Source: a bacterium (GTDB lineage: Bacteria > Zhuqueibacterota > Zhuqueibacteria > Residuimicrobiales > Krinioviventaceae). Taken from it: 64,000 nt of DNA. Under the pieces are notes generated by a model, which was not told the DNA's origin, did no database searches, and worked only from the letters and a program-made list of their open reading frames with translations. Location: the NCBI GenBank assembly GCA_963675755.2, contig CAXXMD010000002.1:1504001-1568000 (forward strand). Reading direction: 5' to 3'. A program made the translations under genes and the position numbers. This document shows, one piece after another, positions 29,018 to 39,079 of the stretch. Numbering within the stretch: position 1 is the first letter of the stretch; every line of letters begins with the position of its first letter.

Positions 29018-31168
29018 TTATCTCCCCATCACCCACGCAAGATTAAATGCATAATACAACCTGCTGTCGCTCAAATGGATAATGCCGTCCGGGGTTTGGA
29101 TGCCTGCCCAGTATGAATGCGGCTGGCCATGTGTAGAGTCCAGCACAAATTGCTCGTTCCAGGGAGCGGCAAGATGTCTCTCCTCCCCTTGTTTTACATT
29201 GCTCAACACCCGGATAATGGGCCATGTCTTGCCTTCATCCCAGGACAATGCGGCATAACTGCCCAAAAGGGTTGCAGGATTTCCATTGGCATCCAGTCCC
29301 TCAATCCCTTTGGGTGCAATGCTGACAAACAGAATCGGTTTTCTGCCCAACCCGTTGGGATCAAGCGAGGTATCTGAATATTCCAGACGAATGAGCGCTG
29401 AACGCATAACCGAACTGATAGACGGAAATATAGATTTGTGAACGGAAAACGTTTTACCCTGATCATCCGAATAACACATGGGCATATTGCCAAAAGTATC
29501 TCCACTATCGCGGTCAAAGCACAAAATCCTGCCATCTAACAGTTCAACACCTGCAATATGAATTCCCGGAGGCCCTGCCTTTTCTGTTTGCACAGCCCAG
29601 GTCTTTCCACCATCCTTACTGATATTGACCGTTGAGCCGCTGCCGCCCACAGGTGAGCCATCCGAAAAGGAAATAAAGCTGCCATCTTGAAGCACAAACA
29701 CATTTCCCTGCGGCTGGTTGCGATCCGCTTCCAGGTGAAAATCGTCTACTCCCTGTTTAATGGTCACCGGTTCCGACCAGGTAACGCCATTGTCGGTGCT
29801 TTTGCTGAATGTCTGAGAGAGTTTGGACCATCTGCCGTCCGTGCTGATACCATTGAGTCGATACAGCGTAAAGGGTTCGTCAAATCCATTTGCCAACCTG
29901 ACTGCATTGTTCCACAGCTGGGTTCCGTGCATGTTCCGATCCGCTTCTTTGTAAAACTCGGTTACCTGATCATCCCACACCAGCTCACCGGATGCCTGTC
30001 GTCTCGCACGCAGGGCCAGCACAGTCAATGCCTGGTCTTTTTCGCTCTCCCCGGTAAACCACGCCATAAGCAGATCCCCATTCTCTCCCCAGGTGATTGC
30101 CGGAGAGTGATTATGGGTATACAGCGGAATGCTAAACTGCTCCATCAGTTCGGGACTGTTGTAGGTTTCAACAATATTATATAAGGATTTTAATTCGAAA
30201 TAGGACCGGGGACTGTCTGATGACCATTGATATTTTTCAGAATTTACATGTTGTGCCCAGATTTTGGATTCGTGCTGTAAATAAGGTTTGGGTAAGGCTT
30301 GTCCCTTGGGTACCCGCACGGGCCGGAATCCCATCAGAAAATGTCGGTCGGTTCTGCCGGATGAGGTACGGTTTGCCGCACGCAATGTTTGGATATAGAC
30401 ATTATGACAACCACCGCGGACGACTTTGGAATCTCCATTCACATAGCCAACAGGATCAAGGGTGTCCGATGCTGCATATGGACCGTACCAGTCCATGCAC
30501 AGTTCCTGCACATTTGCGCTCATGTCATACAATCCCCATGCGTTTGGGCCTTCCCGTCCAACAGTCAGGTCCACATCTTTTGGGGTAGTCCAGGCGATAC
30601 CGTTCGCGGGACGGTTGCCCCGTGTTACCAGCCAGGGGAAAATGATATTCTGATCAAAAAGCAGATCGCCCAAAGGATTGTGATCATAGATATCCTCTTT
30701 CACACCATCAATATAGGGTGTACGGGTTCCGGCTCGTGCAGCATGTTCCCATTCCGCTTCGGTGGGTAAACGGTAATCATGGTCAGGATCGTTTTGCGAC
30801 ATCCACTTGCAAAACGCCACAGCATCGTTCCAGTTGACATATACCACAGCCTCATTATCATTGGCACTCATGCCCCAGGCCTTGCCGCGTAATTTTGCAT
30901 GATCAGGATCAAACAATTCATATTGCGCGTTGGTGATCTCGTATTTGGACATTTCAAATGACTGTGTAAGGGTAACCGATCTTGCAGGGAGTTCATCCTG
31001 GATGAATATCGCTTTTTCAGCAGTGATGTATTCGGGTCCCAGATCAGCGCCCATCATAAAACTTCCGGCAGGAACAGAGACAAATTCCAGGTCTGGTAAA
31101 TTTGCTGCAAATCCGGCAATACTAGAACAATACACAAATAAAAAGAAAACAAATTTTAGATTTTTCAT
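29018..31168 (-). CDS. FGE-sulfatase (SUMF1)-fold domain fused to BNR/Asp-box sialidase-like propeller
   Basis: VPAGSFMMG, EITNAQY, RLPTEAEWEHAARAG, NAWGLYDM, GFRPV; Asp-boxes STDNGVTW, SKDGGKTW, SDDQGKTF, SWDEGKTW. Confidence 0.85.
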   Translation of the reverse strand: MKNLKFVFFLFVYCSSIAGFAANLPDLEFVSVPAGSFMMGADLGPEYITAEKAIFIQDELPARSVTLTQSFEMSKYEITNAQYELFDPDHAKLRGKAWGMSANDNEAVVYVNWNDAVAFCKWMSQNDPDHDYRLPTEAEWEHAARAGTRTPYIDGVKEDIYDHNPLGDLLFDQNIIFPWLVTRGNRPANGIAWTTPKDVDLTVGREGPNAWGLYDMSANVQELCMDWYGPYAASDTLDPVGYVNGDSKVVRGGCHNVYIQTLRAANRTSSGRTDRHFLMGFRPVRVPKGQALPKPYLQHESKIWAQHVNSEKYQWSSDSPRSYFELKSLYNIVETYNSPELMEQFSIPLYTHNHSPAITWGENGDLLMAWFTGESEKDQALTVLALRARRQASGELVWDDQVTEFYKEADRNMHGTQLWNNAVRLANGFDEPFTLYRLNGISTDGRWSKLSQTFSKSTDNGVTWSEPVTIKQGVDDFHLEADRNQPQGNVFVLQDGSFISFSDGSPVGGSGSTVNISKDGGKTWAVQTEKAGPPGIHIAGVELLDGRILCFDRDSGDTFGNMPMCYSDDQGKTFSVHKSIFPSISSVMRSALIRLEYSDTSLDPNGLGRKPILFVSIAPKGIEGLDANGNPATLLGSYAALSWDEGKTWPIIRVLSNVKQGEERHLAAPWNEQFVLDSTHGQPHSYWAGIQTPDGIIHLSDSRLYYAFNLAWVMGR

Positions 31169-31246
31169 CAATAACACCTCAAGCAAGAAACATACATTAT
31201 ATCAAAGACTGAACACTGATAACACAAACAAATCAAGACATCATTA

Positions 31247-33163
31247 TTATTTTCCAAACCACACTTTCATCTTGCCTTCGCCCCGGTTTGACCAGGCATA
31301 GTAGGGTATTAGCATCATATCAGGATTTTTTGCCGAGATCACATTTACTCCATTCAACAAATTATCCCTGTGTTCAATGTCAAATTGGGTTCCGCCATTA
31401 ATAAGCAATTCCATAAAATTCGGATTATCAATTTCTTCCGCGCAATACACAATGGGACCGTAATCAATGGCAGTCTTGCCATGGTCTTCTGCCACCCGGG
31501 TATCTGCAATGATCCGTTTGATGGTCATGGAGAACTCTAATTCAATATGGTCCCCTTTTTTCCACGTCCGCGTAATTTCCGCAAAGCCTTTGTTATACTT
31601 GTAGTCAGCGGGCTCACCATTAATCAAAATCGAAAACTCCATAGCACTGTTGGATGAATAGCTGTACAGATTTCCCGGTAATGTACGGTCAAGCACCCAT
31701 CCCGGTATACGCAGTTTGAGGGTCATGCGGGTCTCTTTTTCCAGATCCAGTTTGATCTCTGCATTGCCATTCCAGGGGAACCCGGAAGTCTGTTCAAGAC
31801 GCATATCCGTATGATTGATATTAAACCGGGCATTACTTCCCACATACAGGTTGATATAAAGGCTATCCTCATTGACCGCATAAATCAGATTGGGAATGGA
31901 CGGTACAAACCGGATGATATTTGTGGGACAGCAGGAGCAATCGAACCAGCCTTGACGGGTGCGCGAGCCCTGGTTAAATTTGTATTCACCATCTGCCTCA
32001 AGAGGATTAGGATAGAAAAAGTGGGTGCCGTCAAGTGACAGACCTGCAAGCATTCCGTTATAAAGCGTCCGTTCAATCACATCGATATATTTTGCATTGC
32101 CTGTCAGTTGAAACAGACGCTGGTTCCAGTAAATACTTCCTATTGCGGCACAAGTCTCGTTATATGCGGTTAAATTGGGAAGCTCGTAATTGTCGCCAAA
32201 AGATTCTCCGCTGTGTCTGGCACCAATACCACCGGTAAGATACATTTTCTTGCCGACCATATTTTCCCAAAGCGCATTTACTGCTTTTAAATACTCTGAA
32301 TCTCCATAGATAGCGGCAATATCGGTCATGCCCGCATACATGTACACAGCACGCACCGCATGGCCTACAACCTCATCCTGTTCTGTCACCGGCAGATGGT
32401 CCTGGCTGTATGCTCCATACAAATCATGGGACAAAGAGTCGCCGCGCTGGTCCAGAAAATATTTTGCCAGCTCCAGATATTTCTCATCTTTACTGATCCG
32501 ATAAAGTTTGATCAGGCCGGTCTCTACAATCTGGTGTCCCGGTGTTGCCTGCAATTTATCGGGACCGAAAACCTCTGTCAGCAGGTCCGCGTTTTTCAAA
32601 GCAATATTTAAAAATACCGTATCCCCTGTTGCATAATAATTGGCAGCAGCCGCTTCAAACATGTGGCCGCTGTTGTACAGTTCGTGACTCGCACCCAGGT
32701 GCTCCCAGCGCTCACCGGGATTCACCCATTTTGCAGGAGGATGATGAGGATCAATGGTTCGCCAGGTAGTCAGGTATCCATCTACTTCCTGTCCCACTTT
32801 AATGATTGCAATAACCGAGTCGATATAGGCTTTGAGTTTCGGGTCAGGTGCGCTGATTAAAGAGTAAGAAGCACCTTCTATGATCTTGTAAAGATCGGTA
32901 TCATCAAATGGCATTTTACCGCAGGTTTTACCTTCAAGTTCTCCGCCGGCAATGAGAAAATTGTCCATGCGGCCCTCGGTACTGCATTTATCAAACGCAT
33001 ATTGAATGGTCTTTTCCTGCACAGTTTTGATAATGGGCAGCCAGAATCCATCTATTAGCTCTACATTTTTTACATCCAAAGCAGAAATTGGATAATCGTG
33101 CAATTTTGTTCGTGTTCCGCAGCCTAAAAACAAAGCGATCAGTACAATCCATGCTTTCTTCAT
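31247..33163 (-). CDS. GH127 beta-L-arabinofuranosidase-family lipoprotein
   Basis: FDDTDLYK, HELYNSGH, GHAVRAVY, YNETCAAIG, WFDCSCCP, IPYYAWSNRG; lipobox LFLGC. Confidence 0.95.
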   Translation of the reverse strand: MKKAWIVLIALFLGCGTRTKLHDYPISALDVKNVELIDGFWLPIIKTVQEKTIQYAFDKCSTEGRMDNFLIAGGELEGKTCGKMPFDDTDLYKIIEGASYSLISAPDPKLKAYIDSVIAIIKVGQEVDGYLTTWRTIDPHHPPAKWVNPGERWEHLGASHELYNSGHMFEAAAANYYATGDTVFLNIALKNADLLTEVFGPDKLQATPGHQIVETGLIKLYRISKDEKYLELAKYFLDQRGDSLSHDLYGAYSQDHLPVTEQDEVVGHAVRAVYMYAGMTDIAAIYGDSEYLKAVNALWENMVGKKMYLTGGIGARHSGESFGDNYELPNLTAYNETCAAIGSIYWNQRLFQLTGNAKYIDVIERTLYNGMLAGLSLDGTHFFYPNPLEADGEYKFNQGSRTRQGWFDCSCCPTNIIRFVPSIPNLIYAVNEDSLYINLYVGSNARFNINHTDMRLEQTSGFPWNGNAEIKLDLEKETRMTLKLRIPGWVLDRTLPGNLYSYSSNSAMEFSILINGEPADYKYNKGFAEITRTWKKGDHIELEFSMTIKRIIADTRVAEDHGKTAIDYGPIVYCAEEIDNPNFMELLINGGTQFDIEHRDNLLNGVNVISAKNPDMMLIPYYAWSNRGEGKMKVWFGK

Positions 33164-33356
33164 ATTTACCCTCTTAACCAAAGTCGTATTTAATTTCAAT
33201 GACGCATTTCTTAAACAGATTATTAAAACAGGAACAGGCACTGCATACCAAACGATTTATCAGAATGAATAATATAAAATAAGAAAATAAAACCCCTGAG
33301 CAAACAGAAAATAAGAAATACCGGAAAAATATTCCGGGTTCAACATCCCCACGTAT

Positions 33357-34439
33357 TTATTTAACTGATACAGGTTTGAGGAAAATGCTCTCTATAATTT
33401 CATCCAATTTTAAATCAGCAATATCCTGCCCCATTTCATCCAGTATTGCTTTATTATCGGACAATTGGATTTCCACAACGCTTTTTTCATCCATTACCAG
33501 AAACGTTTTCATGGGAAATCTTTTTTCCGAAACAATATTATTATTTTTGTCACGTATTATTACTTCCTGTAACAAACAAAATTCGATTAAAAAATGAAAA
33601 TCCTCAATAGTGTTATCTTTATCTTTTGTATCAGTAGGGACACAGGTCACCCAAAGGTTGTACTCTAAATCGCCGCCAGTATTGGCTTTAATTTTTTTTA
33701 CTGGTATCTTTAGGGATTGCAAGGGCGTAACATTTGTGAAAACCTGGTCATGTCCTATTGAGGGACTGTATTTTAAATCAAAATTCCATGGAATTTTGAC
33801 TAAATCAATATCACGAAAATACGATACAAAATCTTTAAACGGTTCATTTAATACGGACGCTGAAACAGACTCGAACCAGAACGAGTTGAATATGATCTTT
33901 TTATCATCCTGATATAACAGCAATTTCTCGCTACCGTCATCAATAAAATCCTTTAAAGGCGAACTATTTGCAACTTTTGCAAACTGCCGGGCAATCTGTT
34001 TTTTGTTCAGGGAGTAATAATCCAGTTTATACTGATTATCACTCTCGGGTATGTATGTAAACTGCTCAACATTAAAAATTATATCCCTGATTTTAAAATT
34101 CTCAATGTCCTCAAAAACCGGTGTAAATCCAATATTCCACCTTTTGTTAAAATACTGTCCGTTTCTTTTATAAGCTTTTTGAAGTTCTGCAATATCGTCA
34201 CTATTCAACCGTGTAAAACAAGCCCCGTTTGTACAATCCGAAACAATTTGATTATCATGGATCAACAGGACACAATAAGGGTCCATGTCTGCAATGCGGG
34301 TGTGCATCTTACCGATTCGGGTCAGTTGCTTTGATTGATAACTGTATTCATATTGCTCAATGCTTACAAATACATCCTGTGCATGAATACGAGAACAGAA
34401 CAAAAAGGATATAAATAAAATTAAAATCGGCTTATTCAT
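33357..34439 (-). CDS. hypothetical secreted protein
   Basis: 360-aa ORF with signal peptide (..SRIHA-QD); overlaps upstream gene by 8 nt. Confidence 0.75.
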   Translation of the reverse strand: MNKPILILFISFLFCSRIHAQDVFVSIEQYEYSYQSKQLTRIGKMHTRIADMDPYCVLLIHDNQIVSDCTNGACFTRLNSDDIAELQKAYKRNGQYFNKRWNIGFTPVFEDIENFKIRDIIFNVEQFTYIPESDNQYKLDYYSLNKKQIARQFAKVANSSPLKDFIDDGSEKLLLYQDDKKIIFNSFWFESVSASVLNEPFKDFVSYFRDIDLVKIPWNFDLKYSPSIGHDQVFTNVTPLQSLKIPVKKIKANTGGDLEYNLWVTCVPTDTKDKDNTIEDFHFLIEFCLLQEVIIRDKNNNIVSEKRFPMKTFLVMDEKSVVEIQLSDNKAILDEMGQDIADLKLDEIIESIFLKPVSVK

Positions 34440-34758
34440 CTGATGCTCCTTCTGATGAAATCCTGTCTTTATTAGTCAATTGTACAACCTGGGTTGGGGT
34501 AAATTCAGAAATTGTAATCCTTTCCGCTGTAACAATGAGGGTAGGAGTAAAATCCTGATTGATGGGTACTTGCTGAATTGAACAAACAAGCAGGATGATG
34601 ATCAAAATACCGGCTATTGCCAGTTTATATATGCTAACCGGATAATTATTCTGAAAGGGTATCTCAGAAATAAGTTTTCTTAACAGGGTTTCATCCGGCT
34701 CATGTTCAGATTCAAATACATGCTTTAACCTGTTATCAATATTTTTTTCCTTCTTCAT
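34432..34758 (-). CDS. small single-TM protein, probable anti-sigma factor
   Basis: ATGA overlap with ECF sigma stop, one TM helix. Confidence 0.7.
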   Translation of the reverse strand: MKKEKNIDNRLKHVFESEHEPDETLLRKLISEIPFQNNYPVSIYKLAIAGILIIILLVCSIQQVPINQDFTPTLIVTAERITISEFTPTQVVQLTNKDRISSEGASDE

Positions 34759-35339
34759 TTCAACTCCTGCACATTTTTATTTTGACGCAGTTGTTCCAAA
34801 CCAGCATTTAAACGTGATTTCACTGTTCCATTGGGTATCTCAAGTATTGTAGCAATCTCTGATATGGACAGCTCGTGTTGGTAATGTAAAGTAATAACAA
34901 CCTTTAGTTTTTGTGGTAGTTGGTTAATTTGTTCAATTAAAAAAACAGATTCTATATCTGTCAAATAATCATTGTACTCTATGTATGAATCACTAAACTT
35001 TTCAAGTATCTGATCATCATTTAACAAGGTTTGTTTTCTTTGCCAGTCCAGAAATGTATTATAAGCAATTTTATAAGACCAAGTTGAAAACCTGGATTTT
35101 CCATTAAAGCCTTTAATATTTTGCCAAATTTTAATAAAGGTTTCCTGTGTTAGATCTTCTGCAGTTTGCTTGTGCTTGCAAAAACTCAAAATGATTGAAT
35201 AGACCTGTTTATAATTGGCCTTTATCAACTTTTCAGCTGCACTCCTATCATTCTGTTTTACAAGATAAATCAGAATTTTTTCATGAACAGGAATCAATTC
35301 ATATCCGCTTTTTATTATTAAGACGTAAAAATTATTCAA
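34755..35339 (-). CDS. ECF RNA polymerase sigma factor (start uncertain)
   Basis: AEDLTQETFIKIW, FSTWSYKIAYN, LSISEIATILEIPNGTVKSRL. Confidence 0.92.
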   Translation of the reverse strand: MNNFYVLIIKSGYELIPVHEKILIYLVKQNDRSAAEKLIKANYKQVYSIILSFCKHKQTAEDLTQETFIKIWQNIKGFNGKSRFSTWSYKIAYNTFLDWQRKQTLLNDDQILEKFSDSYIEYNDYLTDIESVFLIEQINQLPQKLKVVITLHYQHELSISEIATILEIPNGTVKSRLNAGLEQLRQNKNVQELK

Positions 35340-35620
35340 GGTGTTCGATTTTTAATACCCATATTATAATATTTATTTCACACAAATATTCAAATAGAAA
35401 AAACAAACATTTTTAATTCACTTCAATTTGAGCCTCAAAAAAACTATTGCGTTCAACTCAAATTATGCTTATAATCATTCACATGTTTTTTGACGCAAAA
35501 TGGTAAAAATGCCGCTATTAACAAAACATATAATACTCTCTGCAAACTATCATTGTAATTATAAATTCTGTTAATATCCGATTATGATCGGAACTGAATC
35601 CTGAACGGAAAGGACCAATA

Positions 35621-36355
35621 ATGCACGTTGTTGGAATCATCCCGGCCCGGTATGGCTCTTCCCGGTTTCCCGGTAAAATCATTGCTGACATTGCGGGAAA
35701 ATCCATGATCCAAAGGGTATATGAGCAATCTCAAAAATCAAAATTGTTAAATGATCTCTATGTTGCTGTAGATGATCAAAAAGTAATGGATGTGGTTGAA
35801 GGTTTTGGCGGTAAAGCAGTCATGACAGGAGCCCACCACCAATCCGGAACCGACCGCATTGCTGAAGTTATGGACAAGGTTGATTGTGATATTGTGGTCA
35901 ACATCCAGGGAGACCAGCCCCTGTTTGACGCACGTATGATAGATGAAGCCGTTGCCCCCATGCTTGAGAATCCCGAAATACAAATGTCCACATTAAAAGT
36001 AAAAATTGGTCAGGAAAGCTACAAGGACCCAGCGGTTGTCAAAGTGGTAACAGATCTTGACAACTTTGCATTATATTTTTCCCGTTCGCTGGTACCCTAT
36101 CCGCGTGAAGGACAGGATATAGATGTATTTGAACATGTGGGACTCTATGTTTATCGCAGAGATTTTATTCTAAACATAGCGAAGCTATCCCCCTCTCCTC
36201 TTGAAAAAATTGAAATGCTGGAGCAATTAAGGGTCCTTGAAAACGGACATAAAATTTATGTCGCAGAAACAACCTGTACCAAAGAATCCGGCATGAGTGT
36301 AGATACACCGCAAGATCTGGAAGCTGTTGTAAAAATCATCAACAATATGGAGTAA
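35621..36355 (+). CDS. kdsB: 3-deoxy-manno-octulosonate cytidylyltransferase (CMP-Kdo synthetase)
   Basis: IIPARYGSSRFPGK, SGTDR, VNIQGDQP, ALYFSRS, HVGLYVY, EMLEQLRVLENG, SVDTPQDL. Confidence 0.95.
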   Translation: MHVVGIIPARYGSSRFPGKIIADIAGKSMIQRVYEQSQKSKLLNDLYVAVDDQKVMDVVEGFGGKAVMTGAHHQSGTDRIAEVMDKVDCDIVVNIQGDQPLFDARMIDEAVAPMLENPEIQMSTLKVKIGQESYKDPAVVKVVTDLDNFALYFSRSLVPYPREGQDIDVFEHVGLYVYRRDFILNIAKLSPSPLEKIEMLEQLRVLENGHKIYVAETTCTKESGMSVDTPQDLEAVVKIINNME

Positions 36356-36362
36356 TAATATT

Positions 36363-37553
36363 ATGGCTGTAAATCGATCCGTAATAGAAAACCTGTATAA
36401 CAGTCTTGATCCAACAGTTAAAAATCAGGTGGAACAAGCATTAAACAGTATCATTTCCGCAAAACAAAAAGACGGCAAAGTGGTTGTTGTTACAGGCAGC
36501 GGTCCCAATGTTCATGAAGGCATCACCACATTGATTGCAGAGCTTATACATAAAGGCATTATCGATGGTGTTACCACCAGTTCGGCAGTCATTGCGCATG
36601 AAATGGCCGGCGCCCTTGATCGCGTTAAACGTGTTGATGGTAAAAAGCTGGGTTTTAATCCCGCAATTCTGCCGCGTGGTGACATTTTTGAAGCAACTAT
36701 TCTGACAGATGAATGGACATCCATTCTTGAGCAGGAAATGCTGCTGGACAAAGAACTCATCAATAAAACTCTTGAAACGGATGGCCAAACCATTATTAAA
36801 GCCGCAGGTAATATGGCTTACCCCATGGGTTTACGGACCGAAAACCTTGCCAAAGAAATAATGATTATGGCCAAAAGTAAAGGTAAATCCTTTGAATTTA
36901 TTGCAGGTGCTGGTTCAGATCGCATGACCATGCTGGGTGCAGGATTTGAAAAAGGTGTACCGGTGCTGGTTACGCTTCCACAGCTAGTTGGTGGTGGTAT
37001 GGTAGGCCTGGCAATTGGTGACTCTATATCTATAATCGAACGTTCAACACAAATTTCAAGAATGATGGCCAGTGCAGATGTAATTATCGAATCGGCAGTG
37101 GCATTGACTCAGGAAATCCATGACGGCCCATTCGAAACCTATACCGGTCATGGAATCTGGGCACACTGGGAAGGTTACAAAACCTACAGTCTGGATGGAA
37201 AATCACTTATACGTATCGATACAGACCCCAATCTGCAAAAAGCCTGGGACTTTGAAAAAAATTCAAGCACTGTTCAGGAAGCCATAGATAAAGGATTACC
37301 TAAAACCAAGCTGATGGATATCCCCTTTAGAATGGAGATGTCTGGATTTGCAAGACTCGAAAAAAGCATTCCCGTAGTTGGTGATATTGGAGCGATTTGG
37401 CCTATTCTTGCCCTCAAGCTTGAACAGGCGCTCGGATTTGAACTCGATTTTATATCGTATCCCCAGCAGACTCCGGAAGGTCAGGAAATGCGCAACTGGA
37501 TTGTTGAAAATATTCAACCGCTTGACAAAAAGAAAATGATTAAAAACAGCTAA
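36363..37553 (+). CDS. deoxyhypusine-synthase-like (DHS-like NAD-binding fold) protein of unknown function
   Basis: KVVVVTGSGPNVHEGITTLIAELIHKGIIDGVTTSSAVIAHE, TMLGAGFEKGVPVLV, IRIDTDP and VVGDIGAIWPIL align by eye with DHS/TIGR00300 blocks. Confidence 0.65.
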   Translation: MAVNRSVIENLYNSLDPTVKNQVEQALNSIISAKQKDGKVVVVTGSGPNVHEGITTLIAELIHKGIIDGVTTSSAVIAHEMAGALDRVKRVDGKKLGFNPAILPRGDIFEATILTDEWTSILEQEMLLDKELINKTLETDGQTIIKAAGNMAYPMGLRTENLAKEIMIMAKSKGKSFEFIAGAGSDRMTMLGAGFEKGVPVLVTLPQLVGGGMVGLAIGDSISIIERSTQISRMMASADVIIESAVALTQEIHDGPFETYTGHGIWAHWEGYKTYSLDGKSLIRIDTDPNLQKAWDFEKNSSTVQEAIDKGLPKTKLMDIPFRMEMSGFARLEKSIPVVGDIGAIWPILALKLEQALGFELDFISYPQQTPEGQEMRNWIVENIQPLDKKKMIKNS

Positions 37554-37616
37554 TATATAATCAAGGGTAAATGGTTAAATAGAGCATACAAGAATTTTTA
37601 ATTTCAGGAGATTACT

Positions 37617-39017
37617 ATGGAACCAACCAAAAATGTAAAGGACGACAAAGAACAGGTGAGTCGTCGTACCTTTATTAAAGGCGCTGCCGCGGCAACCGCT
37701 TTTACAATTGTTCCCCGTCATGTATTGGGCGGAACGGACGAGCTCTCTCCCAGTGACAAATTGAATGTCGCTTGTGTGGGTATTGGAGGTATGGGTAAAA
37801 ACAATACCAGACATGTTGCTACAACTGAAAACATTGTTGCGCTTTGTGATATAGACAAAGCTTATGCCGCTCCGGTTTGGGAACTCTATCCTAAAGCTAA
37901 ACAATATCACGACTACCGTGTAATGCTTGAAAAACAAAAAGATATTGATGCTGTTATTGTTGCGACTCCTGACCATACACATGCCTTTGTTGCGCTTGCA
38001 TGCATGGAAGAAGGCAAACACGTATATGTTCAAAAACCCATGACCCACTCGGTTTTCGAAGCCCGCAAGCTCACCGAAGCTGCCCGTAAATATGGTGTGG
38101 CTACCCAAATGGGTAACCAGGGTCACTCGAATGACGGCGCACGCATGCTTTGTGAATGGATTTGGGATGGCGCCATTGGCAACGTTCATACCGTTCACGC
38201 ATGGACCAACCGTCCGGTTTGGCCGCAGGGTATTGAAGTAGATCGTCCGTCTGAAACCCCACCCGTTCCTGAAACTTTAGACTGGGATATGTGGCTGGGA
38301 CCTGCCCCGTATCGTCCTTATCATCCAACTTATCTGCCTGAACGCTGGCGCGCGTGGTGGGATTTTGGTACCGGTTCTCTGGGAGATCTGGGCTGTCATA
38401 TTCTTGATCCGGTTTTCTGGGCATTGAAATTAAAATATCCTGAAAGTGTTGAAGGCAACATTTCAACTTATTGGGAAGGATTCTGGAAATATACCGAACC
38501 GAAAAACGAAACGTACCCACGCTCTACAATCGTACGTTACAAATTCCCTGAACGTGAAGGTATGCCGCCTGTTAAACTGACATGGTGGGACGGTGGTTTG
38601 ATGCCACCAAGACCTGATGAGCTGGAAGAGGGTCGCCGCATGGGTGACGAAGACGGTGGTTTGCTGATTATTGGTGACAAAGGCACCATTATGACCGGTT
38701 GCTATGGTAAAGGTGTTCGTTTGATCCCTGAAACCAAAATGCAGGAATACAAGAAACCTGAACCTACGTTGAAAAGAGTTCCGGGTGGAGAGTCCGGTCA
38801 CGAAGCAAACTGGGTTGCCGCATGTAAAGGCGGAGATCCAGCATGTTCTAATTTTGATTATTCCGGTCCGTTGACCGAGATGGTCCTTATGGGTAACCTG
38901 GCAGTACGTTTTCCGCAAAAACGCCTGTTGTGGGACGGTCCCAATATGAAAGTGACCAACGACGAAACTGCAAACGCCTATGTACAACGCGAATACCGCG
39001 ATGGATGGGTTTTATAA
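37617..39017 (+). CDS. Tat-exported Gfo/Idh/MocA family oxidoreductase
   Basis: SRRTFIK, GIGGMG, ATPDHTH, YVQKP, QMGNQG, WDMWLGPAP, LGDLGCH. Confidence 0.93.
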   Translation: MEPTKNVKDDKEQVSRRTFIKGAAAATAFTIVPRHVLGGTDELSPSDKLNVACVGIGGMGKNNTRHVATTENIVALCDIDKAYAAPVWELYPKAKQYHDYRVMLEKQKDIDAVIVATPDHTHAFVALACMEEGKHVYVQKPMTHSVFEARKLTEAARKYGVATQMGNQGHSNDGARMLCEWIWDGAIGNVHTVHAWTNRPVWPQGIEVDRPSETPPVPETLDWDMWLGPAPYRPYHPTYLPERWRAWWDFGTGSLGDLGCHILDPVFWALKLKYPESVEGNISTYWEGFWKYTEPKNETYPRSTIVRYKFPEREGMPPVKLTWWDGGLMPPRPDELEEGRRMGDEDGGLLIIGDKGTIMTGCYGKGVRLIPETKMQEYKKPEPTLKRVPGGESGHEANWVAACKGGDPACSNFDYSGPLTEMVLMGNLAVRFPQKRLLWDGPNMKVTNDETANAYVQREYRDGWVL

Positions 39018-39027
39018 GAAAACAGTT

Positions 39028-39059
39028 AACCCGGAAGGTTTTGATCTTCCGGGTTTTTT
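39028..39059 (+). terminator. intrinsic terminator
   Basis: AACCCGGAAG..CTTCCGGGTT plus T-tract. Confidence 0.75.
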
Positions 39060-39079
39060 ATTATTTAAATCCCTCTATT

